35,878 nt of DNA from positions 1 through 35,878 of the IMG/VR virus record IMGVR_UViG_3300048576_000606; one strand, given 5' to 3'. Made by a program: the position numbers and the translations under genes. The notes beneath the pieces are model-generated. The model was not told where the DNA came from. It made no database searches and worked only from the letters and a program-made list of their open reading frames with translations. Below, in pieces: positions 34,632 through 35,878 of this stretch. Source of the stretch: a virus. Taxonomy: Duplodnaviria > Caudoviricetes. Every line of letters begins with the position of its first letter. The first letter of the stretch is position 1.

Positions 34632-35878
34632 ACGAATGGCTTGCGGACGAATTGCTCCCAAGTCAGAGCGACCGAAGCAGGAGTGATTGAGAAAAACAGC
34701 TTGGCGTCTGATTCATCGGCCACCCCCTCGTAGACCTCAGTCATCTTAATCGAGGAGTGCTGCATGAGGTATTGCGTCAGGGTCGGGGTCTTGAAGCAGG
34801 CCAGATGGTAGCTCGCGAAAGAATGGCGCCAGATGTTTGAGATCTCGGCGACGGCTCGGCGGTCCTCCTCAGTATCGATCAAGGCCGGCCGGAGACCGCT
34901 ATGGATGGCGGCCGCGCGTTTCTCCTCGCGATACTGCAGCTCGGTCATCTCCCAGCACTTTTCTGGAGCGTGCTTGAGCCATTCCCATAGGTTCTCTGGG
35001 TGTCCTTGGCGGTACTTCGTCCTGCCGCTCTTATGCATGCGGCCAAGCATGCGGATGCCTTTCTGTTCGAAATTAAGGCCCTCCTTATTCAGTCTGCCTG
35101 CAGTGGAGTACCTGATGCCTCCGAATGCCTCCATGGCGATCCTACCTATGCACCGCGCGTCTCTGTTGGCCTTGAAGAATTCGAATGCCTGGCGGATCGG
35201 GATGACGTGGACGTCCTCCTGTGCAACGCGCGGCGGCTTAACCAGCTCCACTGGGTTCATCATCACCCAACCTTCCCGAACGGCGTAGTCGAAAAACGTA
35301 GACAGGTTCTTCCTGTGGTCCTTCACCGTGAGCGGGTGCATGGGCTCACCGTCCTTGCCCTTCAGCCCTAACAGCCAAGCCCTGACATCCTCCGTGGTTA
35401 TCTCATTCACGCGACGGCCAGGAAATGCTGCAACGAAGCGCTTGCGCACCTGAGTGTCCGCATGCCGCTCAGCGTCGCGGCCCCATGTCTTTTCATTTTT
35501 TCTCAAGGCAAAATATCTCTCAACAGCTTCCTGCAGCCATAGGCCAACCAACGAAGCCGCCTTGCCTTGGCGTGCTTGCTTCCACTCAGTTGCGACTACC
35601 ACAGGATCTACGTCTTCGCCCACGATCCGCTCGAATTCGAGCCAACGTTTCCATTTATTCGGCTCGAAGGACAGGATCACTGAAGCACCATGTTCAGCCA
35701 AACGGTCAGCCAAAGAACGGGCAGCTATCTCCCGATCAGCCTCGGTCTCATAGCCCTCAGCCTTGCGCTTGCCATCGATGTACCATGAGAGCCAGAACGG
35801 CTTTTTTTCGCTGTCCTTCCTCGTGTAGTAGGAAATTCCTCTCGGGGGCACCCAGGCAGGCTTTGGGGTTTTGGCCAT
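34628..35878 (-). CDS. int: Tyrosine recombinase / phage integrase
   Basis: SAM-like domain (LSTFFDYAVREGW..NP), GIRYS (R), HKSG (K), NIWRHSFASYH, MQHSS...EVY (Y). Confidence 0.93.
   Translation of the reverse strand: MAKTPKPAWVPPRGISYYTRKDSEKKPFWLSWYIDGKRKAEGYETEADREIAARSLADRLAEHGASVILSFEPNKWKRWLEFERIVGEDVDPVVVATEWKQARQGKAASLVGLWLQEAVERYFALRKNEKTWGRDAERHADTQVRKRFVAAFPGRRVNEITTEDVRAWLLGLKGKDGEPMHPLTVKDHRKNLSTFFDYAVREGWVMMNPVELVKPPRVAQEDVHVIPIRQAFEFFKANRDARCIGRIAMEAFGGIRYSTAGRLNKEGLNFEQKGIRMLGRMHKSGRTKYRQGHPENLWEWLKHAPEKCWEMTELQYREEKRAAAIHSGLRPALIDTEEDRRAVAEISNIWRHSFASYHLACFKTPTLTQYLMQHSSIKMTEVYEGVADESDAKLFFSITPASVALTWEQFVRKPFV

Larger units (their letters stand above)
1..35878 (-). mobile_element. 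Temperate siphovirus prophage (lambda-like head packaging, GTA-like tail tip); incomplete at the left edge, att sites not in view
   Basis: Ordered integrase - switch - replication - terminase - portal - capsid - tail modules with many ATGA/GTGA-coupled minus-strand genes. Confidence 0.96.

Noticed and set aside
34628-35878. attL/attR core sequence
   Set aside because: Window ends at the integrase start codon and the other prophage end is outside, so no att repeat can be identified

Overview
The whole window is one temperate, lambda-like siphophage (prophage), read almost entirely on the minus strand. From right to left it carries: tyrosine integrase; accessory genes; a divergent switch made of ribbon-helix-helix (RHH) rather than HTH repressors; early genes (Xis-like, ParB, ASCH); TOPRIM primase and P-loop helicase followed by an iteron-rich origin; terS and terL (Nu1/GpA type); an inserted block with a C5 DNA methyltransferase; gpW, portal, protease-scaffold and capsid; neck and tail tube genes; a tail fibre and an atypical putative lysis cassette; a tail chaperone with a -1 frameshift site; tape measure; a GTA-like tail tip (Dit-hub fusion, NlpC/P60); and a >900-aa tail-tip protein with collagen-like repeats that runs off the left edge and is absent from the ORF track. 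The most notable signals are the RHH-only switch with TAGCA boxes, a lysis-like cassette with no recognisable endolysin (a Cys-His-Asp lipoprotein plus a lipoprotein/multi-TM spanin candidate), a CCA-ended cloverleaf RNA candidate ahead of the methyltransferase, and an exact 27-bp motif in front of two late start codons. A Verrucomicrobia/PVC host is an inference only. No database searches were run, so all family calls come from motif reading and synteny.
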